A stretch of DNA of 64,000 nucleotides from Clostridiales bacterium UBA1770 (GCA_002315325.1 DCGU01000080.1:19684-83683); one strand, 5' to 3'. Shown: positions 26,047 to 36,678, counted from the first letter of the stretch. A program made the numbers and translations. Notes: generated by a model not told the origin, from the sequence alone.

Positions 26047-27294
26047 ATGCCCAAAAAACTTGACAGTACAGATTCCTATTACGTATTTGTGGTGCGGCAG
26101 GTGCTGCGCCTGGCACCGATTACCGGCTTGCTGGCCGGCGTCACGTTTACCGTGACAACGCTGGCAGGCTTATATCCGGACGTCAGTCTGCCGATGCTTT
26201 TGTTGTTTGACGCGGTTTGCCTGGCTTATTTCGGCGTGGCGCACGTTTTGAAACGGATGGCTATCGTCGACAGCGGTAAGGTGAACGAACGGCGTCTGAA
26301 AACGATGGAATATATACTTGCCGCCGTTATTTTGGTCCAATGGAATCTGGTGACGTATATTTTCCCGTCACGTGAATTTTGGGGATATGCCCCTATGTTT
26401 GTTCTGCTGACGGCATTTTTGTTCCATGCGCGTGCGGTGCTGATGGAAATTTTGGGTATTTCGGTGTCCATAGCCGTATCCTGGATGGTTATGGGGGATA
26501 AACTGCTGCCTGTGAAAGACGCGGATTTTGTGAACAACCTGAGTATGCGCGTCGTGGCGTTGACCGTTGCGTTTTCCGTCATTTTTCTCTTGGTCAAGTT
26601 TGCCGGTCGGTTTACCGCGTTGGCCAAAGAAAACAATGCGTTCCTGGAAAAACAAAATAAGGAACTCGAAACGTTCGGCCGCGACATCATTGAATTTACG
26701 GCCGATTTGATTGAAGAGCGCGATGCCGTCAGCGGCTCGCACGTCAAACGTCTCAAGGCGTATACCGAAATTTTGGCGCGCAAGGTTGCCGAGCGCTGTC
26801 CCGGTTATGGTATCGACGGGGAACAGATAGAAAAAATCACGCAGGCCTGCATCCTGCACGATATCGGCAAAATCGCCATTCCCGATAACATATTGCAAAA
26901 GCCCGGGAAACTGACGCCGGAAGAGTTTGAAATTATCAAATCGCACACGACGCTGGGTGCGCAAATGATTGATAAACTTCCCGACACCATCGGCCCGGAA
27001 TATAAAAAGTATTGCCGCGAGATTTGTTTGTATCATCATGAAAAGTACGACGGGCGCGGGTATCCGATGGGCCTGAAGGGCGATGAGATTCCGATCGGCG
27101 TGCAAATCGTCTCCATCGTGGATTGCTTTGACGCCCTGACAAGTGACCGTCCGTATAAAAAGGCCTATTCCTGTGAGACAGCGCTGCGTATGATTGTTAC
27201 GGATCAGTGCGGTGCTTTTTCGGATGATTTGAAAGCCTGCCTGACTGCCTGCCGCGAGCCGTTCGCAACGTTGGCGGAAAGCAAAGACGAATGA
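26047..27294 (+). CDS. Membrane-anchored HD-GYP c-di-GMP phosphodiesterase
   Basis: A multi-TM N-terminus followed by HVKRL...HDIGKIAIP...HHEKYDGRGYPMGL. Confidence 0.85.
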   Translation: MPKKLDSTDSYYVFVVRQVLRLAPITGLLAGVTFTVTTLAGLYPDVSLPMLLLFDAVCLAYFGVAHVLKRMAIVDSGKVNERRLKTMEYILAAVILVQWNLVTYIFPSREFWGYAPMFVLLTAFLFHARAVLMEILGISVSIAVSWMVMGDKLLPVKDADFVNNLSMRVVALTVAFSVIFLLVKFAGRFTALAKENNAFLEKQNKELETFGRDIIEFTADLIEERDAVSGSHVKRLKAYTEILARKVAERCPGYGIDGEQIEKITQACILHDIGKIAIPDNILQKPGKLTPEEFEIIKSHTTLGAQMIDKLPDTIGPEYKKYCREICLYHHEKYDGRGYPMGLKGDEIPIGVQIVSIVDCFDALTSDRPYKKAYSCETALRMIVTDQCGAFSDDLKACLTACREPFATLAESKDE

Positions 27295-27401
27295 GCAAAG
27301 GCATATGCCGGGCGCGGAAAAGAAAAACGACGGCACGCAGCAAACTGCAGCCGTTCCGTATACTTTTCTCGGTACTTGTAACAACGATAATTCAAATATA
27401 A

Positions 27402-27489
27402 TAGTCAATTGTAAAATCTGAAGTTTATCGATAAATTCGTTTTTTCGGCAACTTTGCCGTCGAAGAAAACGCAGTTTTACAATTGATTA
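27402..27489. mobile_element. MITE-like 88-bp element: terminal inverted repeats flanked by an 11-12 bp direct repeat
   Basis: TIRs are TCAATTGTAAAA (27405-27416) and TTTTACAATTGA (27475-27486), perfect over 12 bp and 15/16 if extended. They are flanked by (A)TTCAAATATAA at 27390-27401 and 27489-27500. The interior carries its own hairpins. Confidence 0.4.
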
Positions 27490-27514
27490 TTCAAATATAA
27501 GGAAAAGATAATCA

Positions 27515-28411
27515 ATGAGAAACGTATTTTTTGATGCGGTACGTGCCGAAACAGACCCGATGTTCGACGCGGCCGTCGTGACTGCGTCGGGTGTTGAAGC
27601 CATCAAATTGCCCAACGGCAACGACCATAATAACTGCCACTCCGCAACGAAATTTTTCGTGGCTGCCATGATCGGTATGCTTGCTGACGAGGGGAAACTG
27701 TCGCTTGGCGATAAGGTGACGTCCTTTTTTGCAAAAGACGAACTCCCCGGGAATATGGACGCACGTTGGGACTATGTCACGGTTGCCCAAACGATGCAGC
27801 ACAAAACGGGACTGGAAATCATCCCGTTCAGTGTGGACGATGACAACAGTTACGGCATGATTCGCGCTGCGTACGGCGGGGATTTTTTGCGGGCGTTGTT
27901 TTCATTGCCGCTGCAGCATGAACCGGGCAGCACCTACCGCTATTCCGATATGGCGTATTATTTGCTGTGCCGCGTCATCGAACGCGCCGGCGGTTTGAAT
28001 GCCGAGACGTATCTGCGCCGCAAGATTGCCAACCCGATCGGCTGGGGACAATGGGGCATGAGCAAAACGCCGGACGGGACACCCGTCGGCGGCGACGGCC
28101 TCTATGCAACGGCCGCCGATATGGCGAAATTTGCCTACGTGTGCGCATTGGGAGGTACGTATGAAGGCCGCACGTATCTGTCGGCTCAATATCTTGCCGC
28201 CATGCGGGAAAACGATTTTGCCACCACGCGCTTCCGCGACACGGACGTCTGGCTCAAAACAGGCGCCAACGGGCAGGGCATTGCCTATTCCGTACTTCGT
28301 CCCGCCGGCGTTGCCTGGCACGGATACAGCGAGAACGGCGGATGTAAGCGGAACGACCGTATGTTCGAGGCGTTCGTTCGTTTTCTGGACGACCGTTTCG
28401 GCAAATTATAA
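27515..28411 (+). CDS. Serine hydrolase, beta-lactamase/transpeptidase-like family
   Basis: SxxK motif (HSATKFF) near the N-terminus and overall class-C-like pattern. No signal peptide is evident. Confidence 0.7.
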   Translation: MRNVFFDAVRAETDPMFDAAVVTASGVEAIKLPNGNDHNNCHSATKFFVAAMIGMLADEGKLSLGDKVTSFFAKDELPGNMDARWDYVTVAQTMQHKTGLEIIPFSVDDDNSYGMIRAAYGGDFLRALFSLPLQHEPGSTYRYSDMAYYLLCRVIERAGGLNAETYLRRKIANPIGWGQWGMSKTPDGTPVGGDGLYATAADMAKFAYVCALGGTYEGRTYLSAQYLAAMRENDFATTRFRDTDVWLKTGANGQGIAYSVLRPAGVAWHGYSENGGCKRNDRMFEAFVRFLDDRFGKL

Positions 28412-28419
28412 CAATTGGC

Positions 28420-28448
28420 AAAAGCCGGTTTTGATACCGGCTTTTTTT
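28420..28448 (+). terminator. Intrinsic terminator
   Basis: AAAGCCGGU-UUUGAU-ACCGGCUUU followed by UUUU. Confidence 0.75.
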
Positions 28449-28472
28449 AGTGGAAAATAGACAAAAACTTTA

Positions 28473-28501
28473 TTGCTATTATATATATTTTATGGTATAA
28501 T
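28473..28501 (+). promoter_or_regulatory. V-ATPase operon promoter with extended -10
   Basis: TTGCTA, a 17-nt spacer and TGgTATAAT (TATAAT at 28496-28501). Confidence 0.6.
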
Positions 28502-28569
28502 GAGTACAGTTTATTTTTCAACCATCCTATGGTCAAAAAACGAATAAACTTAGGAAAGTTGGTGAGTCT

Positions 28570-28890
28570 ATGGCAAAAGAAATGCTGGACGCCGTTCGCG
28601 CTGTAGAAGAGCAGGCGGCGCAAATCCGTGCTGCTGCACAGGAAAAGGCGCGTGAATTGACAGCGGAAGCCGACAGAAAGGGCAAAGCCGACCTGGCGGC
28701 GGCAGACGCTGAAGTTCGTAAGAATGCCGCATGGAAAATGGAAACGGCAGAAAAACAGGCCCAAATTACCTTACAAAATGCTGAAAAAAGCGGAAAGCAG
28801 GAGGGTGCTTCACAGGCTGAAGCCGCCGAACTGCGCATGAAGGCCGCTGCCAAAATTGTGATTCGGGGGATTTTGGAAAAATGTCAGTAA
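28570..28890 (+). CDS. ntpF: V-type ATPase peripheral-stalk subunit G/H-like (NtpF position)
   Basis: A 106-aa Ala/Glu/Lys-rich coiled-coil protein, the first gene of an operon with E. hirae ntpFIKECGABD order. Confidence 0.65.
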   Translation: MAKEMLDAVRAVEEQAAQIRAAAQEKARELTAEADRKGKADLAAADAEVRKNAAWKMETAEKQAQITLQNAEKSGKQEGASQAEAAELRMKAAAKIVIRGILEKCQ

Positions 28891-30851
28891 TACCGATGAA
28901 AAAACTGACAGTCCTTTGTACCCACGGTGACGCCGACAAATTGGTGCGGCGTTTGATGAAACTGCGCTGCGTGGAAATCACGCAGGATCGGCAGAGCAGG
29001 GCTGTCGGGAGCGCCGACGTCGAGGTCGACTGCGCCGCCCGTGAAAAGTCGCTGCTGCTGACCGGTGAAGCCGTCAAACTGCTGACGCCCTATTCCTCCC
29101 GTCCGAAATCGTTTTTCAAAAAGAAGCACAGTGCCGATTTAACGTGCGGTGACACCGGCGTTGCATATGCAGCGGCTCTGCGGCTTCGTGATGAAACGTT
29201 ACGTACGCGGGATGAGTTGGCAGCGTGCCGCACGGAGGCGGAACGGAACCGTGAGAAACAACAGACGCTGGAACCATGGACGGCGTACGACCTGCCCCTG
29301 TCGGATACGGCGACACGCTGTACCGAAACGGTGCTGGGGTCCGTACCTTCTTCCATGCCGTACAGTCAGTTGGAAAATGAATTTGAACAGGCCGGTGCCG
29401 AGCCCGAACTGCTCGGTACGGACAAGGCAAACTACTATTTGTTTGTATTGATGCCGAAAGAGGGCGCCGAGCGCATTCGAATGCTGATGAACCGCGTCGG
29501 ATTCGTGCGGGCAAACCTGAATGAGTTTGCCGATGCGCCTGCGGTCGAGCTGCAGCGCCTGCGCGAAAGGCTGGATTGCCTGGAAGGGGAAGAAGCGCGT
29601 TTGATAACGGCGCTTCGCACGTATGCGGAGCGGTTGGACGAGCTGGAGATCCTTTACGACACCGAGGCTACGGCATTGACGGCATTACGGCAGCAGGCCA
29701 AACTGGAAACGACGGATTATTGTGTGCAGTTGACCGGCTGGGTGCCGACACCGCGTGCCGATACCGTTGCCGAAATGTTAAACTATATGGATTGCGCATA
29801 CTCGTTTGACGATCCGGCAGACGGGGAGGAAGCGCCGATTCTTTTGAAAAATAACAAGTTCTCGAAGACGTTCGAGTGGGTTATCGGCATGTATGCCTAT
29901 CCGCAGTACGGCCGATTCGACCCCACGTTTGTGATGAGTTTATTCTACTTCGTGATTTTCGGTATTATGTTTGCCGACGTCGGTTACGGTTTGTTACTGG
30001 TGCTCGGCGGCTTTATCGGCGCGAAGCTGGTCGGTAAAAAGGCGGGACTGCACAACATGCTGATGATGTTCGGCTATTGCGGTATTTCCTGTGTCATCAT
30101 GGGCGTGCTGTTCGGCGCTTATTTCGGTGACCTGCCGCTGGCCGTTATGCGCAACATGATGGGCATTGCCGAAGCGGATTTGCCGAATCTGGCCCTCATT
30201 CGTACGGATTCCCCGACGCTGGCCATCTTTATGGATCCCGTCGGCAGTCCGATGGAGTTTTTGATTGTATCGCTTGCCATCGGTGCCGTTCATTTAATCG
30301 GCGGTATGGCGGTCAAATTCTACATTTTGTGCCGCGACGGTCAGGTATGGGACGCCATCTGCGATATCCTGTTTTATTGGATATTGTTTGCCGGTATCGG
30401 CTGTATGGCATTGGGACTCGGCTGGTACGTGTTGGCAGCCGGTGTCGTTCTGATTGTATTGACGCACGGACGAAATGAAAAGAATATCGTTATGAAATTT
30501 GCCAAAGGTTTGCTCGGACTGTACGATCTGGTCAGCTATGCTTCGGATTTGCTGTCCTATTCCAGAATCTTGGCATTGGGACTTGCCGCAGGCGTTGTAG
30601 CGCAGGTTGTCAACATTTTGGCGACCATCGGCGGTGCCACGGTTCCCGGTTTTATCCTGCTGGTTGTCGTCGGTATTTTCGGACACCTGTTAAATTTGGC
30701 GCTCAACGTGCTGGGCACGTTCGTTCATACGTCCCGTCTGCAGTATATTGAATTCTTCGGCAAGTTCTATGAGGACGGCGGTAAGCCGTTTGCCGCAGCG
30801 CTGCCGAGTGAAAAATATACGGAAGACGAAAATGAATCCAATCTCGTTTAA
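28881..30851 (+). CDS. ntpI: V-type ATPase subunit I (a-subunit, stator/ion channel)
   Basis: A 656-aa protein with an N-terminal cytoplasmic coiled coil and a C-terminal polytopic domain containing the conserved SYSRL motif (LLSYSRILALG). Confidence 0.9.
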   Translation: MSVIPMKKLTVLCTHGDADKLVRRLMKLRCVEITQDRQSRAVGSADVEVDCAAREKSLLLTGEAVKLLTPYSSRPKSFFKKKHSADLTCGDTGVAYAAALRLRDETLRTRDELAACRTEAERNREKQQTLEPWTAYDLPLSDTATRCTETVLGSVPSSMPYSQLENEFEQAGAEPELLGTDKANYYLFVLMPKEGAERIRMLMNRVGFVRANLNEFADAPAVELQRLRERLDCLEGEEARLITALRTYAERLDELEILYDTEATALTALRQQAKLETTDYCVQLTGWVPTPRADTVAEMLNYMDCAYSFDDPADGEEAPILLKNNKFSKTFEWVIGMYAYPQYGRFDPTFVMSLFYFVIFGIMFADVGYGLLLVLGGFIGAKLVGKKAGLHNMLMMFGYCGISCVIMGVLFGAYFGDLPLAVMRNMMGIAEADLPNLALIRTDSPTLAIFMDPVGSPMEFLIVSLAIGAVHLIGGMAVKFYILCRDGQVWDAICDILFYWILFAGIGCMALGLGWYVLAAGVVLIVLTHGRNEKNIVMKFAKGLLGLYDLVSYASDLLSYSRILALGLAAGVVAQVVNILATIGGATVPGFILLVVVGIFGHLLNLALNVLGTFVHTSRLQYIEFFGKFYEDGGKPFAAALPSEKYTEDENESNLV

Positions 30852-30880
30852 AAAATAAAAAATATTAAGGAGACTCTGTC

Positions 30881-31369
30881 ATGAAAGAATTTTTTGCAGC
30901 ACTTCTCAACGGTAACAATTTGGCATTCCTGGGCGTAGCCCTGGCCACCATTTTCCCCGGTCTGGGTTCCGCACGCGGCGTAGGTCTTGTCGGTGAAGCT
31001 TCTTCCGGATTGCTGTCCGATGACCCTTCCAAATTCGGTAAAACGATTATTCTGCAGGCTCTTCCGGGTACCCAGGGTATTTACGGTTTGATTACCGGAT
31101 TCCTGATTTTGTTTAAGATGGGCGTTATCAGCCGCAACGTATCTACGCTTGCCATTGCCGACGGCGTTTACTTCCTGCTTGCCGCTCTGCCCATTACCAT
31201 CGTCGGTTATTTCTCCGCTGTCCGTCAGGCACGCGTTGCCGCTTCCGGTGTCAGCCTGCTCGCAAAGCAGCCCAACGAAGTCGGTAAAGCCATTACGTCT
31301 GCCGCTCTGGTTGAAACCTACGCTATTTTTGCATTGCTGATCTCCCTGTTGATGGTTCTGTTTGCTTAA
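30881..31369 (+). CDS. ntpK: V-type ATPase proteolipid subunit K (double-hairpin c subunit)
   Basis: A 162-aa protein that aligns closely to E. hirae NtpK (ILQALPGTQGIYGL, VAASGVSLLAKQP, VETYAIFALLIS). Confidence 0.9.
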   Translation: MKEFFAALLNGNNLAFLGVALATIFPGLGSARGVGLVGEASSGLLSDDPSKFGKTIILQALPGTQGIYGLITGFLILFKMGVISRNVSTLAIADGVYFLLAALPITIVGYFSAVRQARVAASGVSLLAKQPNEVGKAITSAALVETYAIFALLISLLMVLFA

Positions 31370-31370
31370 T

Positions 31371-32039
31371 ATGATGACGGGACTTGATAAAATCAAGGAC
31401 AAAATCCTGGCAGACGCACAGGCCGACGCCGACTCGACGATAGCCGCCGCACAGGCCGAAGCCGATAAAATTACCGCCGATTACGCCGCCCGTATTGAAG
31501 CCGTCAAACGTGAGGGGAACGACCGTGCCACGAAAGAAGTACACGACTTGCTGGCCCGCACCGAATCCGCCGCTGAAAATCTGCGCCGGAACGTGGTGCT
31601 GGAGGCACGCGGTGAATTGATGGACGAGGTATTCCGCCGCACGCTGCGCGAATTACGCGCCATGTCGGACGATGATTACGAGGAACTGCTGCTGGCACTC
31701 CTGCGCACGGCCCTGGCGGAACAGCTGGAAACCGAAAAAACGGCGTTGTCGTTGGGATATGAGGATGCCGTGGCGCCCGCTTTGGAAGTCCTTTTGAATG
31801 AAAATGATAAAAAACGCTTCGGAACCGCGCTGACGGATGATTTGCGCCGTACCGTTATCGGCAAACCCATTGGGGAAATGCTGCCGCGGCTTTCCGTGGC
31901 ACAGGAAACGCTGCCGATTGACGGCGGATTGGTTCTCCGTTGCGGTGAAGTTGAAATCAATTGTTCGTTTACGATGATTTTCTCGCAAATCCGCGCAGGT
32001 CTTGAACCTGAAATTGAAAAAACGTTGTTTGAACAATAA
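31371..32039 (+). CDS. ntpE: V-type ATPase subunit E
   Basis: Coiled-coil N-terminus (LDKIKDKILADAQADAD...) and operon position. The ATG at 31371 comes just after the ntpK stop. Confidence 0.8.
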   Translation: MMTGLDKIKDKILADAQADADSTIAAAQAEADKITADYAARIEAVKREGNDRATKEVHDLLARTESAAENLRRNVVLEARGELMDEVFRRTLRELRAMSDDDYEELLLALLRTALAEQLETEKTALSLGYEDAVAPALEVLLNENDKKRFGTALTDDLRRTVIGKPIGEMLPRLSVAQETLPIDGGLVLRCGEVEINCSFTMIFSQIRAGLEPEIEKTLFEQ

Positions 32040-32077
32040 GTTATTTGTTTTTGATAGTTCACGGAGGTGAGGAAATC

Positions 32078-33091
32078 ATGGCGAATGAAAAACGCCGTAT
32101 CGCCGAAAATGAATATGAGTTTATGTATGCCGGTGCACGCGTACGCGCACTGGAGGCACGACTGCCCGGACAGGACGTTTTGGACAGACTGACGGAACTC
32201 CCGTCATCCGCTGCCGTGCTGTCGGCACTGGCGGAATACGGTTTTAACGCGGCACCCGGTGCCGACGGTAAAATCGACAGGGAAGCCCTTTTGCTTTCCG
32301 TTTCGGATAAAGCCTGCGCCGAAGTGCGCGAGGCCGGTGCTGACGAGCGGCTCCCCGCCGTCATCCGCCTCCCGTACGACTGCAACAACGTCAAGGCTGT
32401 CATCAAATGCCGGGCACGTAAGGTCAGCCCCGCGTCCATGCTGTTTTCCAACGGGTTGATTGCGCCGGATGCTTTGAACGGCACCAATGAAGAAATCGCC
32501 GCATTGCTGCCGCCGCACATGGCCGCCGCATTTACCGAAGCCGTTACGCAATATGCGGCAACGGGGAACCCGCAGGTCATCGATATGCTTTTGGATAAAG
32601 CCTGCTTTGCCGATATGGCGGACGCCGCGTCGAAAAGTGCCTGCCCGCTTGCCGTATGGTACGTCGGTGCAAAGATTGATTTGACCAATTTGCAAATGTG
32701 TCTGCGTCTTTTGCGTATGCACGTTGCCGAAGCGGGAAAGGCCCAGCTGCAAGCCTCCTTATTGGCAGGCGGAACGATGGGGACCGACGTGTGGGAAACC
32801 GCATACGACGCCGGAGAAGAGGCATTGTGGGACGTTGTGCAGCGTTCTCCCTATGCGTCACTTGCCGTGCTGCGGGATTCTTCCCCTGCCGTCATTGAAC
32901 GCAAAGCCGACAATTACCTGATGGAACGTGTGCAAAAGACACGCTACGTTCCTTTCGGTCAGGACGTCATTTTCGGTTATCTGCTTGCCAACGAGTATCT
33001 TGTCCGCAATTTGCGGATTCTCCTGTCCGGAAAGGACGCCGGGCTTTCGCCTGCAGACGTTCGTGAAAGGATGCGCTTGAGTTATGTATAA
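32078..33091 (+). CDS. ntpC: V-type ATPase subunit C (d-subunit homologue)
   Basis: About 337 aa at the right operon position. The ATG at 32078 follows GGAGGTGAGG. Confidence 0.8.
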   Translation: MANEKRRIAENEYEFMYAGARVRALEARLPGQDVLDRLTELPSSAAVLSALAEYGFNAAPGADGKIDREALLLSVSDKACAEVREAGADERLPAVIRLPYDCNNVKAVIKCRARKVSPASMLFSNGLIAPDALNGTNEEIAALLPPHMAAAFTEAVTQYAATGNPQVIDMLLDKACFADMADAASKSACPLAVWYVGAKIDLTNLQMCLRLLRMHVAEAGKAQLQASLLAGGTMGTDVWETAYDAGEEALWDVVQRSPYASLAVLRDSSPAVIERKADNYLMERVQKTRYVPFGQDVIFGYLLANEYLVRNLRILLSGKDAGLSPADVRERMRLSYV

Positions 33092-33404
33092 AGTCGGTAT
33101 CATCGGTGACCGTGACAGCGTGCTTGGGTTTATGGCCCTCGGTTTTTCGGTGCATGAAGTCGAAAACGAGGCCGAAGCCGCCGCTTCGCTGCACACGTTG
33201 GTTAAAAGTGATGAATACGCAGTCATTTTCGTGACGGAAAATTATGCGTCGAAAATGGAAGAGGATATTGCCAAATATAAGGACAGACCCCTGCCTGCCA
33301 TCGTTTCCCTGCCGGGCAGTACCGGCGGTACCGGGTACGGCATGGCGGCTGTGCGCGACGCCGTGGAACGTGCTGTCGGCGCCGATATCCTGTTCAAAGA
33401 TTAA
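33084..33404 (+). CDS. ntpG: V-type ATPase subunit F
   Basis: MYKVGIIGDRDSVLGFMALGF is the typical subunit-F start. The protein is 106 aa. Confidence 0.85.
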   Translation: MYKVGIIGDRDSVLGFMALGFSVHEVENEAEAAASLHTLVKSDEYAVIFVTENYASKMEEDIAKYKDRPLPAIVSLPGSTGGTGYGMAAVRDAVERAVGADILFKD

Positions 33405-33459
33405 GTCAGCCGCATTGCGGCACACTCCCCGATTGAATTGTGAAAGGTGAGTTTATAAA

Positions 33460-35232
33460 ATGGTTGAAGGAAAGATTGTCAAGGTTTCCGGCCCGCTGGT
33501 CATTGCCGAGGGTATGCGTGAAGCCAATATGTTCGACGTGGTGCGCGTCGGTAAAAACCGTCTGATCGGTGAAATCATCGAAATGCACGGGGACCGCGCG
33601 TCTATCCAGGTTTACGAGGAAACCGCCGGCATCGGCCGCGGTGACGAGGTCGTTTCGACCGGGGCACCGTTGTCCGTTGAACTCGGCCCCGGCATGCTCC
33701 GCGGTATTTACGACGGTATTCAGCGTCCCCTGGAATCTATTTTTGAAAAATACGGCGCCAATCTCGTCCGCGGTATTGACGAGCCGGCGCTTTCCCGTGA
33801 AAAAGTCTGGCATTTCGACGCAACGGTTCAACCCGGTGCCAAAGTGTCGGGCGGTGACGTCATCGGTACCGTGCAGGAATCCGACGTCATTCTGCATAAG
33901 ATTATGATTGCCCCCAAGAAAAAGGGGACTGTTATTTCCATTGCGTCCGGTGACTATAAGGTTACCGAGCGTGTCGGTCAGTTGGAACTGGAAGACGGTA
34001 CGGTCGAGGATTTGATGCTGGTACAGAAATGGCCGGTACGTGTCGCGCGTCCGTATCGTGAAAAACTGCCGCCCGTTGAACCCATGATTACCGGCCAGCG
34101 TGTCATCGACTCGCTGTTCCCGATTGCCAAGGGCGGTACGGCCTGCGTGCCCGGTCCTTTCGGATCCGGTAAAACCGTCGTGCAGCATCAGTTGGCAAAA
34201 TGGAGTGACGTGGACCTGGTCGTTTACATCGGCTGCGGCGAACGCGGTAACGAAATGACCGACGTTTTGCGTGAGTTCCCCGAACTGGTCGACCCCCATA
34301 CGGGCAAGTCCTTGATGGAACGAACCGTTTTAATTGCCAATACGTCCGATATGCCGGTTGCCGCGCGTGAAGCGTCCGTATATACCGGTATCACCATTGC
34401 CGAATATTTCCGTGATATGGGCTATTCCGTCGCCGTTATTGCCGACTCCACGTCCCGTTGGGCCGAGGCTTTGCGTGAAATGTCCGGCCGATTGGAAGAA
34501 ATGCCCGGTGAGGAAGGTTACCCCGCCTATTTGACGTCCCGTTTGGCACAGTTCTACGAACGTGCCGGTAAAGTCGTTTGCCTTGGTTCCGACGGCCGTC
34601 AGGGCGCCCTGTCCGCCATCGGTGCCGTATCGCCGCAGGGCGGTGATATTTCCGAGCCCGTTACCCAGGCGACGCTGCGTATCGTCAAAGTGTTCTGGGG
34701 TTTGGACGCCTCCCTGGCGTACAAACGTCACTTCCCGGCCATCAACTGGCTCAACTCTTACTCCCTGTACCGTGACAGATTGTCCGGCTGGTTTGAGGAT
34801 AAGGTAAGCCGCGACTGGATGGCACTGACCAACCGCGCCATGAAGACGCTGCAGATTGAAGCCAATTTGGACGAAATCGTAAAACTGGTCGGTGTGGACG
34901 CGCTGTCACCGTCCGACCGTATGACGTTGGAAGTTGCCCGCTCCATTCGCGAGGACTTTTTGCAGCAGAACGCGTTCGTGGATACCGACGCCTACACGGA
35001 ACTTGAAAAGCAGAACGCTCTGCTTAAATTGATTTTCTCTTATGAAGATAAAGGCCGCCGCGCCCTGGAGGCAGGCGCTGACGTACAGGCCGTTGCCGAC
35101 CTGGACGTGCGCGAAAAGATCGGTCGTGCCAAGTCCGTACCGTTTGCCGAATATGCGGCAGCTTACGCGGCCATCGATAATGAAATCAGTGATGCGCTGG
35201 CTCAGTTGACGGCCGCCGCAGCACAGAATTAA
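33460..35232 (+). CDS. ntpA: V-type ATPase catalytic subunit A
   Basis: Walker [10 protein letters not shown] and the characteristic non-homologous insert. The protein is 590 aa. Confidence 0.95.
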   Translation: MVEGKIVKVSGPLVIAEGMREANMFDVVRVGKNRLIGEIIEMHGDRASIQVYEETAGIGRGDEVVSTGAPLSVELGPGMLRGIYDGIQRPLESIFEKYGANLVRGIDEPALSREKVWHFDATVQPGAKVSGGDVIGTVQESDVILHKIMIAPKKKGTVISIASGDYKVTERVGQLELEDGTVEDLMLVQKWPVRVARPYREKLPPVEPMITGQRVIDSLFPIAKGGTACVPGPFGSGKTVVQHQLAKWSDVDLVVYIGCGERGNEMTDVLREFPELVDPHTGKSLMERTVLIANTSDMPVAAREASVYTGITIAEYFRDMGYSVAVIADSTSRWAEALREMSGRLEEMPGEEGYPAYLTSRLAQFYERAGKVVCLGSDGRQGALSAIGAVSPQGGDISEPVTQATLRIVKVFWGLDASLAYKRHFPAINWLNSYSLYRDRLSGWFEDKVSRDWMALTNRAMKTLQIEANLDEIVKLVGVDALSPSDRMTLEVARSIREDFLQQNAFVDTDAYTELEKQNALLKLIFSYEDKGRRALEAGADVQAVADLDVREKIGRAKSVPFAEYAAAYAAIDNEISDALAQLTAAAAQN

Positions 35233-35245
35233 GGAGGAGAACGCA

Positions 35246-36625
35246 ATGATTCGCGAATACAGAACGATTGAAGAAGTTGCCGGTCCTCTGATGCTGGTGC
35301 GCGGTGTCGACGGTGTTAAGTACGACGAACTGGGTGAAATCGAACTGCCGAACGGCGAAGTACGCCGCTGCCGTGTTCTCGAAGTCAACGGCCGCAACGT
35401 TCTGGTGCAGCTGTTTGAATCTGCAGCCGGGTTAAATCTGGCCAGCAGTAAGGTGCGTTTTACCGGTCACGGCGTTGAACTGCCCGTTTCCCGTAATATG
35501 TTGGGCCGTGTCTTTAACGGTATGGGCGAGCCGATTGACGGCGGCGCCAAACTCGTTCCCGAAAAAACGCTGGATATCAACGGTACGCCGATTAACCCCG
35601 CCGCCCGTATGTATCCGGATGAATTTATTCAGACGGGTGTCTCCACCATTGACGGTTTGAATACCCTGGTCCGCGGCCAGAAACTGCCGATTTTCTCGGG
35701 TTCCGGTCTGCCCCATGCCAATCTTGCCGCACAGATTGCCCGTCAGGCAAAGGTACTCAATTCCGATTCCAAGTTTGCCGTTGTTTTCGCGGCTGTCGGT
35801 ATCACCTATGAAGAGGCTGATTTCTTTATTTCCGACTTCAAACGCACCGGTGCCATTGACAGAACCGTGTTGTTTATCAACTTGGCGTCCGATGCCGCTA
35901 TCGAGCGTATTTCCACGCCGCGTATGGCATTGACGGCTGCCGAGTATTTGGCATTTGACTGCGACATGCACGTGCTGGTTATCATCACCGATATCACGAA
36001 CTATGCCGAGGCATTGCGTGAGGTTTCCGCCGCACGTAAAGAAGTGCCCGGCCGTCGCGGTTATCCCGGATACCTGTACACCGACTTGGCAACCATGTAC
36101 GAGCGTGCCGGCCGTAAAATCGGGTCCGAGGGTTCCATTACCATGATTCCGATTTTGTCCATGCCGGAAGACGATAAAACGCACCCCATCCCCGACTTGA
36201 CCGGTTATATCACCGAGGGGCAGATTATTTTGTCCCGTGAAATGTACCGTAAAGGATATATGCCGCCGGTTGACGTACTGCCGTCCCTGTCCCGTTTGAA
36301 GGATAAAGGTATCGGTGCGGGGAAAACGCGTGAGGACCATTCCGGTACGTTGAACCAAATCTTTGCTGCCTACGCACGCGGCTGTGAAGCAAAAGAACTG
36401 ATGGTCGTTTTGGGTGAAGCTGCGCTGACGCCGCTTGACCGCTTATACGCAAAGTTTGCCGATGAATTCGAAAACAAATACATCAATCAGGGCTTTGACG
36501 AAAACCGTTCCATCGAGCAAACGCTCGATCTCGGTTGGGAACTGTTACATATCCTGCCCCGCAGTGAAATGAAGCGTATCAAACCCGAGATTTTGGACAA
36601 ATATTGGCCGCGTGAAAACGCATAA
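35246..36625 (+). CDS. ntpB: V-type ATPase subunit B
   Basis: [18 protein letters not shown]... with [17 protein letters not shown]. The protein is 459 aa. Confidence 0.95.
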   Translation: MIREYRTIEEVAGPLMLVRGVDGVKYDELGEIELPNGEVRRCRVLEVNGRNVLVQLFESAAGLNLASSKVRFTGHGVELPVSRNMLGRVFNGMGEPIDGGAKLVPEKTLDINGTPINPAARMYPDEFIQTGVSTIDGLNTLVRGQKLPIFSGSGLPHANLAAQIARQAKVLNSDSKFAVVFAAVGITYEEADFFISDFKRTGAIDRTVLFINLASDAAIERISTPRMALTAAEYLAFDCDMHVLVIITDITNYAEALREVSAARKEVPGRRGYPGYLYTDLATMYERAGRKIGSEGSITMIPILSMPEDDKTHPIPDLTGYITEGQIILSREMYRKGYMPPVDVLPSLSRLKDKGIGAGKTREDHSGTLNQIFAAYARGCEAKELMVVLGEAALTPLDRLYAKFADEFENKYINQGFDENRSIEQTLDLGWELLHILPRSEMKRIKPEILDKYWPRENA

Positions 36626-36678
36626 CCGTTTACGGTTTATTTCCGTTTTCCCACCGATATTGTAAGGAGTAAAAGCGC

